A DNA stretch of 64,000 nucleotides. Origin: Mobula hypostoma. Its lineage: Eukaryota. This document shows, piece after piece, positions 26,430-38,358 of the stretch. Position 1 is the stretch's first letter, and every line of letters starts with the position of its first letter. Where the stretch lies: the NCBI RefSeq assembly GCF_963921235.1, contig NC_086101.1, positions 1,984,001-2,048,000 of the forward strand. Direction: 5' to 3'. A program made the position numbers and the translations under genes. Under the pieces are notes generated by a model. The model was not told where the DNA came from. It worked only from the letters and a program-made list of their open reading frames with translations, and did no database searches.

Positions 26430-27480
26430 TTACTTATACTTTTATACTTTATACTTTATTGCCGCCAAACAATTGATACTAGAACGTACAATCATCACAG
26501 CGATATTTAATTCTGCGCTTCCCGCTCCCTGGATTACAAATACAGTATTAAATATTAAAAATAGTAAAAATTAGTAAATATTAAAAATTTAAATTATAAA
26601 TCATAAATAGAAAATAGAAAAATGGAAGGTAAGGTAGTGCAAAAAAACCGAGAGGCAGGCCAGGATATTTGGAGGGTACGGCCCAGATCTGGGTCAGGAA
26701 ACAAATACCTGGGGATACAAATTGACAACAAACTGGACTGGTCAAAGAACACTGAGGCTGTCTACAAGAAGAGTCAGAGCTGTCTCTACCTCTATTTCCT
26801 GAGGAGACTGAGGTCCTTTATCATCTGCCGGGCGATGCTGAGGATGGTCTATGAGTCTGTGGTGACCAGTGCGATCATGTTTGCTGTTGTGTGCTGGGGC
26901 AGCAGGCTGAGGGTAGCAGACACCAGCAGCATCAACAAACTCATTCGTAAGGCCAGTGATGTTGTGGGGATGGAACTGGACTCTCTGACGGTGATGTCTG
27001 GAAAGAGGATGCTGTCTAAGTTGCATGCCATCTTGGACAATGTCTCCCATCCACTACATAATGTACTGGTTGGGCACAGGAGTACATTCAGCCAGAGACT
27101 CATTCCTCCGAGATGCAGCACAGAGCATCACAGGAAGTCATTCCTGCCTGTGGCCATCAAACTTTACAACTCCCCCCTTGGAGGGTCAGACACCCTGAGC
27201 CAATAGGCTGGTCCTGGACTTATTTCCTGGCATAATTTACAAATTACTATTTAATTATTTATGGTTTTATTACTATTTAAATATTTATGGTGCGACTGTA
27301 ACGAAAACCAATTTCCCCCGGGATCAATAGAGTATGACTATGACTGGGATCCGTTCAGCAGTCTTATCACAGTTGGAAAGAAGCTGTTCCCAAATCTGGC
27401 GGTATGAGTCTTCAAGCTCCTGAGCCTTCTCCCGGAGGGAAGAGGGATGAAAAGTGTGTTGGCTGGGTGGGTCATGATCC
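26430..27480. mobile_element. Rex-Babar-like LINE 3' fragments: a plus-strand piece (about 26700-27345) nested in a minus-strand piece
   Basis: KYLGIQIDNKLDWS...SFLPVAIKLYN; (TATGAC)n and (ATACTTT)n tails. Confidence 0.8.
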
Positions 27481-27659
27481 ACTATGTTTTTTAGGATTTT
27501 CCACAGTCCAGTAGTTAGGAGGTTTGGATGGGTACATAGGTGGGCAGCGGGGGGTACAGAGTGTTACAGTCTGGCGGGGTGTGGGTCAATGGGACTAGGC
27601 AGAATAGTAGTGTGGCATAGACTAGATGGGCTGAAGGGCCTGCTCGAGTCAGAACCCCA

Positions 27660-28177
27660 ATTTGAACCAATCAGCATTCACTAAGGAACAGCGTTCTGGC
27701 CAACCGGGAGCGGGGAAACGAGAAAAGAAAACCTGGGCGCGAAAAAAGCGAGCCAATCAGCAGAGCCCTTCCCGCCTCTCCCAGACTCCACCCAATCAGA
27801 ATGTACAACGCTGAGGCGGATCCTGCTCAGTGCTCCAGCGCATATCGGCAGGCAGCCAATGCAACGGCAGGGTCCTCCAGCCAATCAGAGGAAGCATCCC
27901 GTCGTGAACGAATCGGCACGCAACTCTGGAGACATAAACCAATAATAATTTAGATTCTCTTCCACCGCCCCAGCCCGTCCGCAGGTCACCCAATGGGTGC
28001 GAGCGACACTACAGCCGAAGGGTCGTAGGGTAGACCAATGGGGTGTTCTGTTGCAGCGCGGTGTGACGGTCGTCCGTTCGCTCGGCTCTGAGGGGAGCTT
28101 TTGTGTCGATGGCGTCGGTGTTTTCGGCCGGGCGCCGGGCGCTCGCTTCCCGCTGAGCTTGGCCGCACCGCCGCCTC
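27660..28177 (+). promoter_or_regulatory. DAXX proximal CpG-island promoter / 5' UTR with eight co-oriented CCAAT boxes and an E2F-type site
   Basis: CCAAT at 27667, 27753, 27792, 27856, 27881, 27939, 27990, 28035; GGCGCGAAAA at about 27736-27745; high CpG density to about 28900. Confidence 0.78.
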
Positions 28178-28420
28178 ATGGCGCTGCGCTGGGGTGGCAG
28201 CGAGCGGCTGCAGCCGGGCCTGGCCTCGGGCGACGTGGTGAACCTGCTGTCGGACGACGAGCAGGAGGGCGCGGCGACCAAGGTCCAGGCCTCGGCCTCC
28301 AACTGCCGGTCGCGCCGCGTCCAGCTGCAGCCCGGCCCGGGCCACGCCGGGCCCGAGGAGGGGCAACGGGAGCAGGAGCGCGGCCTGGTCCGCTTCGAGA
28401 ACCAGCGGCTGTTCTGTGAG
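28178..28420 (+). CDS. DAXX: Death domain-associated protein 6, coding exon 1 (N-terminal SIM-like VVNLLSDDEQE; FENQRLFCE)
   Basis: Matches recalled human IIVLDDDDED and LENEKLFEE; donor GAG|GTGAGG, phase 0, in frame with the next exon. Confidence 0.88.
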
Positions 28421-31400
28421 GTGAGGCCGGAGGAGGAGGCGGCCGGGCCGGGGAGGGGCACGCAGCCTCCGCTTTTCCGGGAAGACCTGGGGAGGGTGGG
28501 AATGACCTGCCTCCCGGCATCTCGGGCAGACCCTCCGCTTGTTCTGCTGCTCACCGGCCGGACCGGGGAGAGCGTCGCCCTCTGTCCCGGTGCCGGCGGA
28601 TCTGCCGCTCCAGCCCAGATATCGATCTCCTGCTGTCAGAGTCACCACGCCGCTTTGCAATCAGCCTGCCCGTCCGTGAGCCTCCCCCTTACCTCCCTTT
28701 GTTTCATTACCACCCTGTCTCCTGTACTGCGCTCCATACCGACTGACCGAGTACTCTGCTCCCCTCTGGAACAGGCCGTGAATTGTCTGAACATCCCAAG
28801 CTCGGTCCCGCTTGACAGCTCGGATGGCCGCGTTAACGCAGCATTAGGCTCGGCCTCGGCTTCCCCAGCCCGGGTCCCGTCTGTCCTGGATCATTGCTGC
28901 CTGTTCGGCTGGGTTCACCCCGGGTGAATGACATACAGCCCTGCCCTGCCCTTGCCCTTGCCCCCTGCCCCCAGTGAGCGCTGAGCGTCTATTGCCCCGA
29001 ACTTGCTCGGCTGCGGTGGGTCCTGAAGTTTTAACGTTGTCCCCCAGAGTCAGGTGGAGGTTTAATCTCAGTGAGTTGTGTATTGGCAGTACAGTGCAAA
29101 ACGGTTTCTGTAATTTATCTTTCTAGATTTCTGTTCCGTTTACGTTCTCCTCTTCCTCATGCCTCTTAGCTCCACCCAGCCCCACAGGGCTCATGCATTC
29201 TGCTCCTAGAATGGTTTCTGCCAGCTGGATTTCCTCTGCTGTGGATGCTGATTCTGATCGTCTCCCATTCCTCTGCAAAAAAAAACATTGGGCTTTTCTG
29301 CTTCACGTCACACGGTTATTTAGATATGTAAAACAGGCATGCTTGTCCTCACAGAAATTAGGAAATGCTACTCGCCGAGAGGAAGTTCTTGTGCGGCCCT
29401 TTTCCTGACACACCACCCGAGACAGTGACCTTGCCTTGCATTGTGACCTCCAGTCAGAATTGCTGCTGCTCTTTCTGTTTTGAGCAGGTCAGGCGATCTG
29501 TCCTGATGAGACTCGTGTCCTGGCTTGGAAACGGTGCCCATCTGCTCGTCCTTCTCTGAGTGCGAATGACAGCTTCGGAGGCGAGCTGGAATTTACCTGC
29601 CCGCCCCCGCCCCCGGGGTAAACAAGGAGTTGCAGGTGGAGGATGGAGAGTGCCCTGTGTAGTGATTCAGCACTGGGATGGCCAGTGCCTGTTGTTGAGT
29701 GTTCCCCGCTTCCCGCACGTGCCTTTGCTCAGCTATTCTGACAGCTTTTACCTCAAGTTGGATTGTTACACACTGAAGCTGTGAAAGTGCGGTATTGATT
29801 TCATAGAGTGGCTTGAAAACTGCTCAGCAAAGGTGAATATTTGAAAAAAAAGACATCTTAGCATTTCAAGTGCCTGAGGGGAATGTTTCAAACTTTTAAC
29901 TGGTATACCTGAGCATTTCTGCCCTTCCTTTCTGGAGACAAAGTGCTTCCTGCCTGTTGAGAGAACTTTCGGTAGCACCGTGATGCAGTGCACTCCACAC
30001 AGCCCTGTGTTTTCACAGCAATGTCTATAGTTGTACAAGCTGATCCAGCGTTTGAACTTGCACAATTGTTTTCTCAGTTAAGTACGAGTGTTGTGCGAAA
30101 TAGTTGTCTGGCTAGGAATCAGGTAACGACTGTACAGCAGCCAGACATGCACCGTTCCTTGTCTGTGCTTGTCTTTGATTGTCAGTGAAGAGCAGATATT
30201 AACACTACTTCGCATCCCCTGTGCTTTTCCAGTGAGGAATCAATGTGTAACGTGACAGGTAACAGAGGCCCAGTTTTGCAACTTCTCATTTTTGTTGTCA
30301 CTGCAGGAAATGCACAGTCCTTGCAAACTGTTGCAAGTGTCAGTCACTTAGATAATATGAGAAGCGTGTTAAGTGAGCTCCTGGGTTTTTGGCACTAATG
30401 CCGTAAGTTTAGTATCTTTGTGATTGAACCCTTGAATTTGAATCTCTAAATGGCACCAGAATCTGAGGTAAAATTGAGCTTTTTATGTGTGTACTGAGCT
30501 GAGCGTTTGTCCTAACTGCCCAATGTTAAAATTACTAAGTATGAGAATAGTGTTTTTTTTTTAACAAACTGCTGTCCCTGAGACACAGGATTAACATATC
30601 CTTTCAGTTCTGAGACTTGCTGGGTTTCATTCAAGCCCAGACTGATGCACTGAATCTCTTTTCTCTAGTGGGTGCAGATCCACACAGCACGAGATTGTCC
30701 ACAGTGGGCGCCTCAGAGGTAACCAGTCTGGCTGCTGTGGGAAATGGAAAGGCGGACATGCTCCCGGGGCTAAGCCTTGTTGATTGGACAGATTGGCGGG
30801 TGTCTTGCCCTGCATCTTATCTGGACGTTCTGCTCTTATCAGGTACCCAAAGTGGAAATGTCTTCCCTTGCCATTACAATCCAAGCGATCAAAAAAATCA
30901 CTTCTCAAAGTGACATAAATTAATAACTCAATCTCTTATATTTATTTGTTATCTCAATATTGAGCTGTTAGAAATGGCATCAGTCTGGTGATACCCGCAA
31001 ATTCTGTTCAGAATATCCTCTGCCTCACTCCGACATGAAATAATATATTAGCAGTCCTAGTATCTTAATCATACCGCCTCTTGTCCTCCAAGTAGCATCA
31101 CTAAAAAGCAATCTGGCCATCTGTTTGTTCATGTGACATTGTAGTGTCCACAGAACAGCTTGTCCAAGGTCAGAGATCACTGTCTGTCCTTTCACTTCCT
31201 GTCTATCCATGGTTCCTTTTCTGGAGGTCTTTCGTTGTAAATATTTAACTTTGTGGTTAATAGCTAGATCTTGGGAGAAAGGTGTATTGTACAGATTAAG
31301 GAAAAGTTAAATTGTGATATTATAGCATTGCAATCTGCTTCAGGTAGCTGTGAGACTTAGAGTGAATAGGAAAAGACATAGCAACCTCTGACGTAAAAGG

Positions 31401-32459
31401 GGAACTGGAAGGTATTAATATTAGATTTACTGAGACTTGCTTTGTATTCCCCACCCTTTTTAAAGAGCTGATTGTAGATTCCTTGGGAGTCCACTTTTCA
31501 AAACTGTACAGTTGAATAGGCTCCTGCTAATTTTAAAATGTAACCCAGTTTGTTAGCCTGTTAATTAGAAAAGAGGAAGAGGGAATACAAAGCTGCCGTC
31601 TCATTCTCAAAAAGCCTGGAGGTGTGACTCTTTTTGATTGTTAAGGCGGGTCTGAAAATTGATCTTAGAAATTTATGTTGTTTTGGTCTCTAATCAGAGC
31701 TGCCGATATACTTGTTATAACCATTAGGTTGTGGAGGGCGTTTGGGCATGATTGTAGATTATTGAACCCTTGGCAGCTGAAGGTACAGCTGCCATTGGTT
31801 TAAAAATAGTTGAAAATGTTGGAAGTGAGATTTGAAGAGGTGCAGAGGAAAGCCGTATTGGGTAGGGAGAACTGAGCCTGGAATTCATAGCACAGCTTTT
31901 GGCAAATGTCTAACCCAAACTCAGTCTTGTTTGGGGTGACTGTTGCCTGCTCTATGCTGCTACAATATGAGAATGCCATGTATGTTGACAGGTTCACTGC
32001 CCTGTTTGTTTTCCAATTGGGGTAGAACACATTTACAGTAATTACTGTGCATCCACGGTTCGTTTTTTTTTGGTTGTTTAGTAATGCATTGCTTCCCATA
32101 TTTGAAGTTAAATTAAATTCAAACATAATCACCATGCCTCACTCTCCTGCCAGTGTTTACTTCCCTTCTACTTTCTCCATCAAATTTTCAGTTTACACAT
32201 TCTGCTGCAGCATGTTTGGCAGAAGTTTTCTGTGTCCTGTCCAGAGTTTATTGCTTAACCAGTGGTGTGGGGAAATAAATGGTTACATTTACTATCTGAG
32301 TCCTTGCTGTGCACTTACTCAACAACTGTTGTGCACATCAGGTTGGTATGAGAAATGTTGCCTGTGCCTTGCACTCACTGAGCTGGTATTTTGGATGTTA
32401 GATCAAAGCTGCAGGTATATTCATGTGTCAGCTGGGGGAGGTGAATGTGTCCCCATCTA

Positions 32460-32925
32460 CCTCTGGACGGGGGGCGGGGGGGGGTGTTCCCTACCAGGGA
32501 TCCACATTTCTCTTGATTGATAACGGGTCCGTGCTATGGAAACCCTGAAGGTTAGCCAGAACTCCTCTGGACAGGGGGTGGTCCCAACCAGGGATCCACA
32601 TTTCCCGATTAATAACAGGTCCGTGCTAGTGAAACCCCGGAGGTTAGCCAGAACTCCTCTGGACAGCAGGTCCCAATCGGGGATCCAAATTTCCCGATTA
32701 ATAACAGGTCCGTGCTATTGAAACCTTGAAGGTTAGCCAGAACTCCTCTGGACAGGGGGTCCCGACCGGGGATCCAAATTTCCCGATTAATAACAGGTCC
32801 GTGCTATTGAAACCCTGAAGGTTAGCCAGAACTCCTCTGGACAGCAGGTCCCAGCCGGGCATCCGTGTTCCACTTGGTTGATGACAAGCTCCATGCCATG
32901 AAAAGGTTCGGTACCTTGATCTAGG
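32460..32925. repeat. Tandem array of about 89-bp units (four units plus a divergent terminal copy) resembling a short hAT-type MITE
   Basis: GGATCC recurs at 32498, 32592, 32681 and 32770 (GCATCC at 32859); units are separated by CTCTGGAC. Confidence 0.85.
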
Positions 32926-33114
32926 AAGACACTTGCGGGAAGGTTAGCTTTTTGGTTTGATTGACGACCTTTGTAAATGGAAGGTTTTGAGCACAGTTCC
33001 AGTGCGAAAGTGACAGTGTTTGAAGGTGGGCTTGTTAACATTAGTTTTATTTTTTCACTAATGTTTTACTTTTCTGTTTGTTCTTCCTTCCACCACATTC
33101 CCGATCTCTTTCAG

Positions 33115-33997
33115 TTTGTGGAATTCTGTGAAACATTAACAGAAGAAAACCCAGAAGTGATAAATTTCCTGCAGAGGAAGTACAGCAAGGCTTTTCCAGA
33201 GTATTTGGCCTCCACAGAGTTCCGTAACGTACTGGGACGCTGCCTGACCCGGGTTCAGGGCAGGAAGAACAAAGTCTTCGTTTACATTAATGAGCTGTGT
33301 ACTGCACTCAAAGCCAATTCCCAAAAAACCAAACTTGCTTTGGCTAGTAAGGAGAATTCAAAGCATCAGCCGGTGGCTGTTGAGGGTCAGTCTGTCACAG
33401 ACACCAAGGAGAAAGAAGACTGCCCTGGGAAACCTGCTGCCCCATCAGAGGAAGCAGCCTCCACATCAGTTCCAGACCTTGCTTCAGGTGAAAAGAAACG
33501 AACAGGCTCTGGGTCACGGCGTCAGATCCGTTACCTGGAGAACCTGTTAAAAGTTTATGCTGATGAAATCAAACGTCTTCAGGAGAAAGAGCTGGATCTG
33601 AATGATTTGGAAGATGAAGACTCCTCCTACGTTCAGGAGCACCGGCTGAAGAAAAAGATGGTGAAAATCTTTGAAAAGTTGTGTGAGTTGAAGAACTGCT
33701 CAAGCCTAACGGGCCGTGTTATTGAGCAGCGCATTCCCTTCTCTGGTACACGCTACCCAGAAATCAACCGCAAAGTGGAGAAGTTCATTAACAAACCTGA
33801 CCACTTCCCCGACTATCAGGACATCAGGAACATCATGCACAAAGCTAGCACGCGATACAACCTGGGACTGAGCCAAAGGCAGATTCAAAGTATGGCGCAG
33901 GATGTGTTCCGCGAGGTCGGCAATAGGCTGCAGGAGAGACGCCACCTGGACTTGGTCTACAACTTCGGCAGTCACCTCACTGACGACTATAAACCAG
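33115..33997 (+). CDS. DAXX: DAXX coding exon 2 (helical bundle and H3.3/H4 histone-binding domain)
   Basis: VYINELCTALKA, GSRRQIRYLE, RLQEKELDL, TGRVIEQRIPFSGTRYPEINR, RLQERRHLDLVYNFGSHLTDDY; acceptor ctctttcag, donor GTAGGG; phase 0/1. Confidence 0.98.
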
Positions 33998-34014
33998 GTA
34001 GGGCTGGACCCTAT

Positions 34015-35835
34015 ACACAAGATATAGGAGCTCTATTAGGCCATCTGGCCCATCGAGTCTGCTCCATCATTCAACCAAGGCTGATCCTTCTTTTCGATCT
34101 CCTCCTCAACCCATTTCCTGGCCTTTTCCCCATAATCTTTGATGCCATGTCCAATCAAGAACCTATTGATCTCTGCCTTAAGTACACCCAGCGACCTGGC
34201 GTCCACCACTGCATGTGGCAACAAACTCCACATTCACCACCCTCTGGCTAAAAAAATTTCTCCACATCTCTGTTCTGAAAGAGCTCGCTCTATCCTGAAG
34301 CTGTGTCCTATTGTGTTAGACTCTCCCACCATGGGAAACATCCTTTTCATATCTAGGCCTTTCAACACTCGAAAGATTTGAATGAGATCCCCCTCATCCT
34401 TCTGAATTCCAGCAAGTACAGACCCAGAGCTATCAAACGTTCCACTTGTGATAACCCTATCATTCCTGGAATCATCCTTGTGAACCTCTTCTGGACCCTC
34501 TCCAATGCCATCACATCTTTTCTAAGATGATTCTCCTAATCTAAGTCCTCCTGCATCCTACCTGTTTCTTCAACGCTACCTGTCCCTCCACCAATCTTCG
34601 TATCTTCTGCAAACTTGGCAACAAAACCATCTATTCCATCATCTAAATCATTGATATACAGCATAAAAAGAAGTGGTCCCAACACCGACCCCTGCGGACC
34701 ACCACTAGTCACTGGCAGCCAACCAGAGAAGGATCATTTTATTCCCACTCACTGCCTCCTACCAATCATTCAGTGCTCTAACCATGTTAGTAACTTTCCT
34801 GTAATACCATGGGCTCTTAACCTGGTAAAGGCCTTCTGAAAATCCAAATATACAACATCTACTGCATCCCCTTATCTATCTGACTTGTAATCTCTTCAAA
34901 GAATTCCAACGGATTCCTCAGGCAGGATTTTCCCTGAAGGAAACCATGCTGACTTTGTACTAATTGTCCTGTGTTACCAAGTACTCCATCATCTCATCCT
35001 TAACAATTGACTTCAACATCTTCCCAACCACTGAGGTCAGGCCAATTGGTCTATAAATCCTTTCTGATGCTTTCCTCCTTTCTTGAAAGAGTGGAGTGAC
35101 ATTTGCAATTTTCCAGTCCTCTGGCACCATGCCAGAGTCCAATGATTTTTAAAAGATCATTTCTAATGCCGCCACAATCTCTAACGTTACCTCTTTCAGA
35201 ACCCTAGGGTGCAGTTCATCTGGTCCGGGTGACTTGTGTACCATTAGGTCTTTCAGCTTTTTGAGCACCTTCTCTCTTGTAATAGTAACTGCATCCACTT
35301 CTCTTCCTTCACACATTACAACATCAGGCATACTGCTAGTGTCTTCCACTACTTCCTCAAAATGATGGGCCAAATGGCCTAATTCTGCTCCTGTGTCTTA
35401 TGATCATATGAAAACTGCCTGCCGCTCCAGCTATGTTTGTTTCGTCCACAAACTTGGCAATAAAGCCATCCTCCCTGCCAGTGTTCTTTTCCAGTAAACT
35501 CTGGCCAACTCCCCTCTCGTGTCTCTATGGTTGCCTTAACTCCACTGTAATACTGATGTATCTTGTCCTTCTAAAATTGCAGGGTGAACTTGGTCATATT
35601 ATGATCGCTTGCTCCTAAGGATTCGTTTGTCTTAAGGTGTCTAATCACACCCGGTTCTTTGCACAACACCCAATCCAGAATAGTTGATCCCATTGTAGGC
35701 CCAACCATGAGCTGCTCTAAAAAGCCATCTCGTAGACATTCTCGAAATTCCCCCTCCACCAACCTAATTTTCCCAATCTAACTAAACATTGAAATCCCCC
35801 ATGACTATTGTAACATTGCCGTTTTGGCATGCATT
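34015..35835 (-). mobile_element. Decayed, internally deleted CR1 fragments
   Basis: PEDWKIANVTPLF, KSPGPDELHPRVLKE and SDHN motifs. Confidence 0.85.
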
Positions 35836-36404
35836 TTCTTTTTAATGTGAGGGGCATATTCAAACGACACATTTCACTATGTTTCAATGTGCATGTGACA
35901 AATAAATCTGATCTTTAATCTTCGAGAAGCTGGTAAAGTATACAAGTGGGATGTTAGTAGAGGTCCAAGGCAGGGTATGAACAGCTTCAAGCATGGGCGT
36001 TGGTGGGGACGGGGGGACTTTCTCTGTGATGAGGGGCAGGCTGCCTGGGGTGATGGTGGAGACAAAAGCATTCGAGAGATTTAATAAATGCTTAGATAGG
36101 CACACGAATGGGAGGAAAATGGAAGAATTGTGTAGGCATAGAAGATGTGAGCTGAAGGGCCTTTTGTTACGGGCCTACATTCTATTCCACAGAAATTGGT
36201 GAGGATTGCCTGTGTCTGTTGGTCCAGCTGAATTTAAACAGAGGTCCAGAACGAGTCCTACACCCCAATATATCTGGCAAGGCTGAGACTATAATACAAT
36301 TGAAGGGGTTTTTCTAACAATGTTTTCTCTCTTTGTTAATGTGATTGGGTGTTCTTCAGGTGGTGGGTGGGAGCTCTGGGAAATCTTCGTCTGAGAACAT
36401 TAGT

Positions 36405-37885
36405 TAGAAACAGAAAACATACAGCACAGTACAGGCCCTTCGGCCCACAAAGCTGTGCCAAACGTGTCCCTGCCTTAGAACCACCTAGGCTTTACCCATA
36501 GCCCTCTATTCTTCTAAGCTCCATGTAGCTATCCAGGAGTCTGTTAAAAGACCCTATCGTTTCCACCTCTGGCAGCCCATTCCATGCACTCACCACTCTC
36601 TGCGTAAAAAAACAAACAAACAAACAACAACAACTTACCCCTGATATCTCCTCTGTACCTACTTCCAAGCACCTTAAAACTATGCCCTCTCGTGCCCTGG
36701 GAAAAGCCTCTGACTATCCGCACGATTAATACTTCTCATTATCTTATACACCTCTTTCAGGTCACCTCTCATCCTCCGTCGCTGCAAGGAGAAAAGGCCA
36801 AGTTCACTCAACCTATTCTCATAAGGCATGCTCCCCAATCCAGGCAACATCCTTGTAAATCTCCTCTGCACCCTTTCTATAGTTTCCACATCCTTTCTGT
36901 AGTGAGGTGACCAGAACTGAGCACAGTACTCCAAGTGGGGTCTGACCAGGGTCCTATATAGCTGCAACATTACCTCTCAGCTCCTAAACTCAATCCCATG
37001 ATTGATGAAGGCCAATACACCGTATGCCTTCTTAACCACAGAGTCAATCTGTGCAGCTGCTTTGAGCGTCCTATGGACTCGGACCCCAAGATCCTTCTGA
37101 TCCTCCACACTGCCAAGAGTTTTGGCATTAATGCTATATTCTGCCATCATATTTGACCTACCAAAATGAACCACTTTATACTTATCTGGGTTGAACTCCA
37201 TCTGCCACTTCTCAGCCCAGTTTTGCATCCTATCAATGTCCTGTTGTAACTTCTTGACAGCCGCCCACACTATCCACACCTCCAACCTTTGTGTCATCAG
37301 CAAACTTACTAACCCATCCCTCCACGTCCTCATTTATAAAATCACAGAGTAGGGGTCCCAGAACAGATCCCTGAGGCACGTCACTGGCCTCCATGCAGAA
37401 TATGACACGTCTACGACCACTCTTTGCCTTCTGTGGGCAAGCCAGTTCTGGATTTACAAAGCAATGTCCCCTTGGATCCCATGCCTCCTTACTTTCTCAG
37501 TAAGCCTTGCATGGGGTACCTTGCTGAAATCCATATACACTACACCTACTGCTCTTCCTTCATCAATGTGTTTAAGTCGCATCCTCAAAAAATTCAACCA
37601 GGCTTGTAAGGCACGACCTGCCCTTGACAAACCATGCTGACTATTCCTAATTATATTATGCCTCTCCAAATGTTCATAAATCCTGCCTCATTTCCCTGTC
37701 TTATTGGAACGTACCTACTCAAAACCCCATGCAAATAACCCCTAACATTTGCCACATTTCTTCGGTGTGTTTCCCTGAGAACGTCTGTTTCCAATTTATG
37801 CTTTCAAGTTCCTGCCTGATAGCCTCATAATTCCCCGTACTCCAATTAAACGTTTCCGTAACTCGGTTGTTCCTATCCCTCTCCG
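36405..37885 (-). mobile_element. CR1 LINE fragment
   Basis: RPHLEYCAQFWSP, WQMEFNPDK and MDFSK motifs; tail at about 36405. Confidence 0.88.
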
Positions 37886-38181
37886 AAGGAGTTGCACAGA
37901 ACAGAGGCAGACTCCTCGGCTTGTGGAGTCCGTGCTGACCTTCAACACGTTGGTCGTCCATGCATAGCCAGAGGACAGTACAACAGTGGACAGGACATTT
38001 CACCCCTCCTGTTGTACAACTCCTGATGCAAATTTAGGGGTGGCCTGATTAGTGTAGTGGTGCCAGTTCCTACTGCCACCTGTAATGGGTTTTACATTCT
38101 CCCTGTGACCATATAGGTTTCCTCCGGATGTTCTGGTTTCTTCCACATGCCAAAGATGTATAGGTTAGTAGGTTAATTGAT

Positions 38182-38358
38182 AACATAACACACATCAAAG
38201 TTGCTGGTGAACGCAGCAGGCCAGGTCAGGACTGACAAAGGGTCTCAGCCTGAAACGTCGACTGTACCTCTTCCTAGAGATGCTGCCTGGCCTGCTGCGT
38301 TCACCAGCAACTTTGATGTGTGTTGCTTGAATTTCCAGCATCTGCAGAATTCCTCGTG
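38182..38358 (+). mobile_element. Penelope-type terminal fragment with a 39-bp inverted repeat and a degenerate hammerhead, inserted in a SINE-like repeat
   Basis: Perfect inverted repeat 38187-38225 / 38286-38324; TAATTGAT duplicated at 38174 and 38359; similar to 60290-60420. Confidence 0.75.

Noticed and set aside
30419..30467. Possible box C/D snoRNA (GTGATTGA...CTGA) in DAXX intron 1
   Set aside because: Imperfect C box, too short and no terminal stem.
32977..34251. The 424-aa ORF as an intronless DAXX or retrocopy
   Set aside because: Similarity is confined to 33115-33997 between canonical splice sites; the flanks are intron and CR1 read-through.
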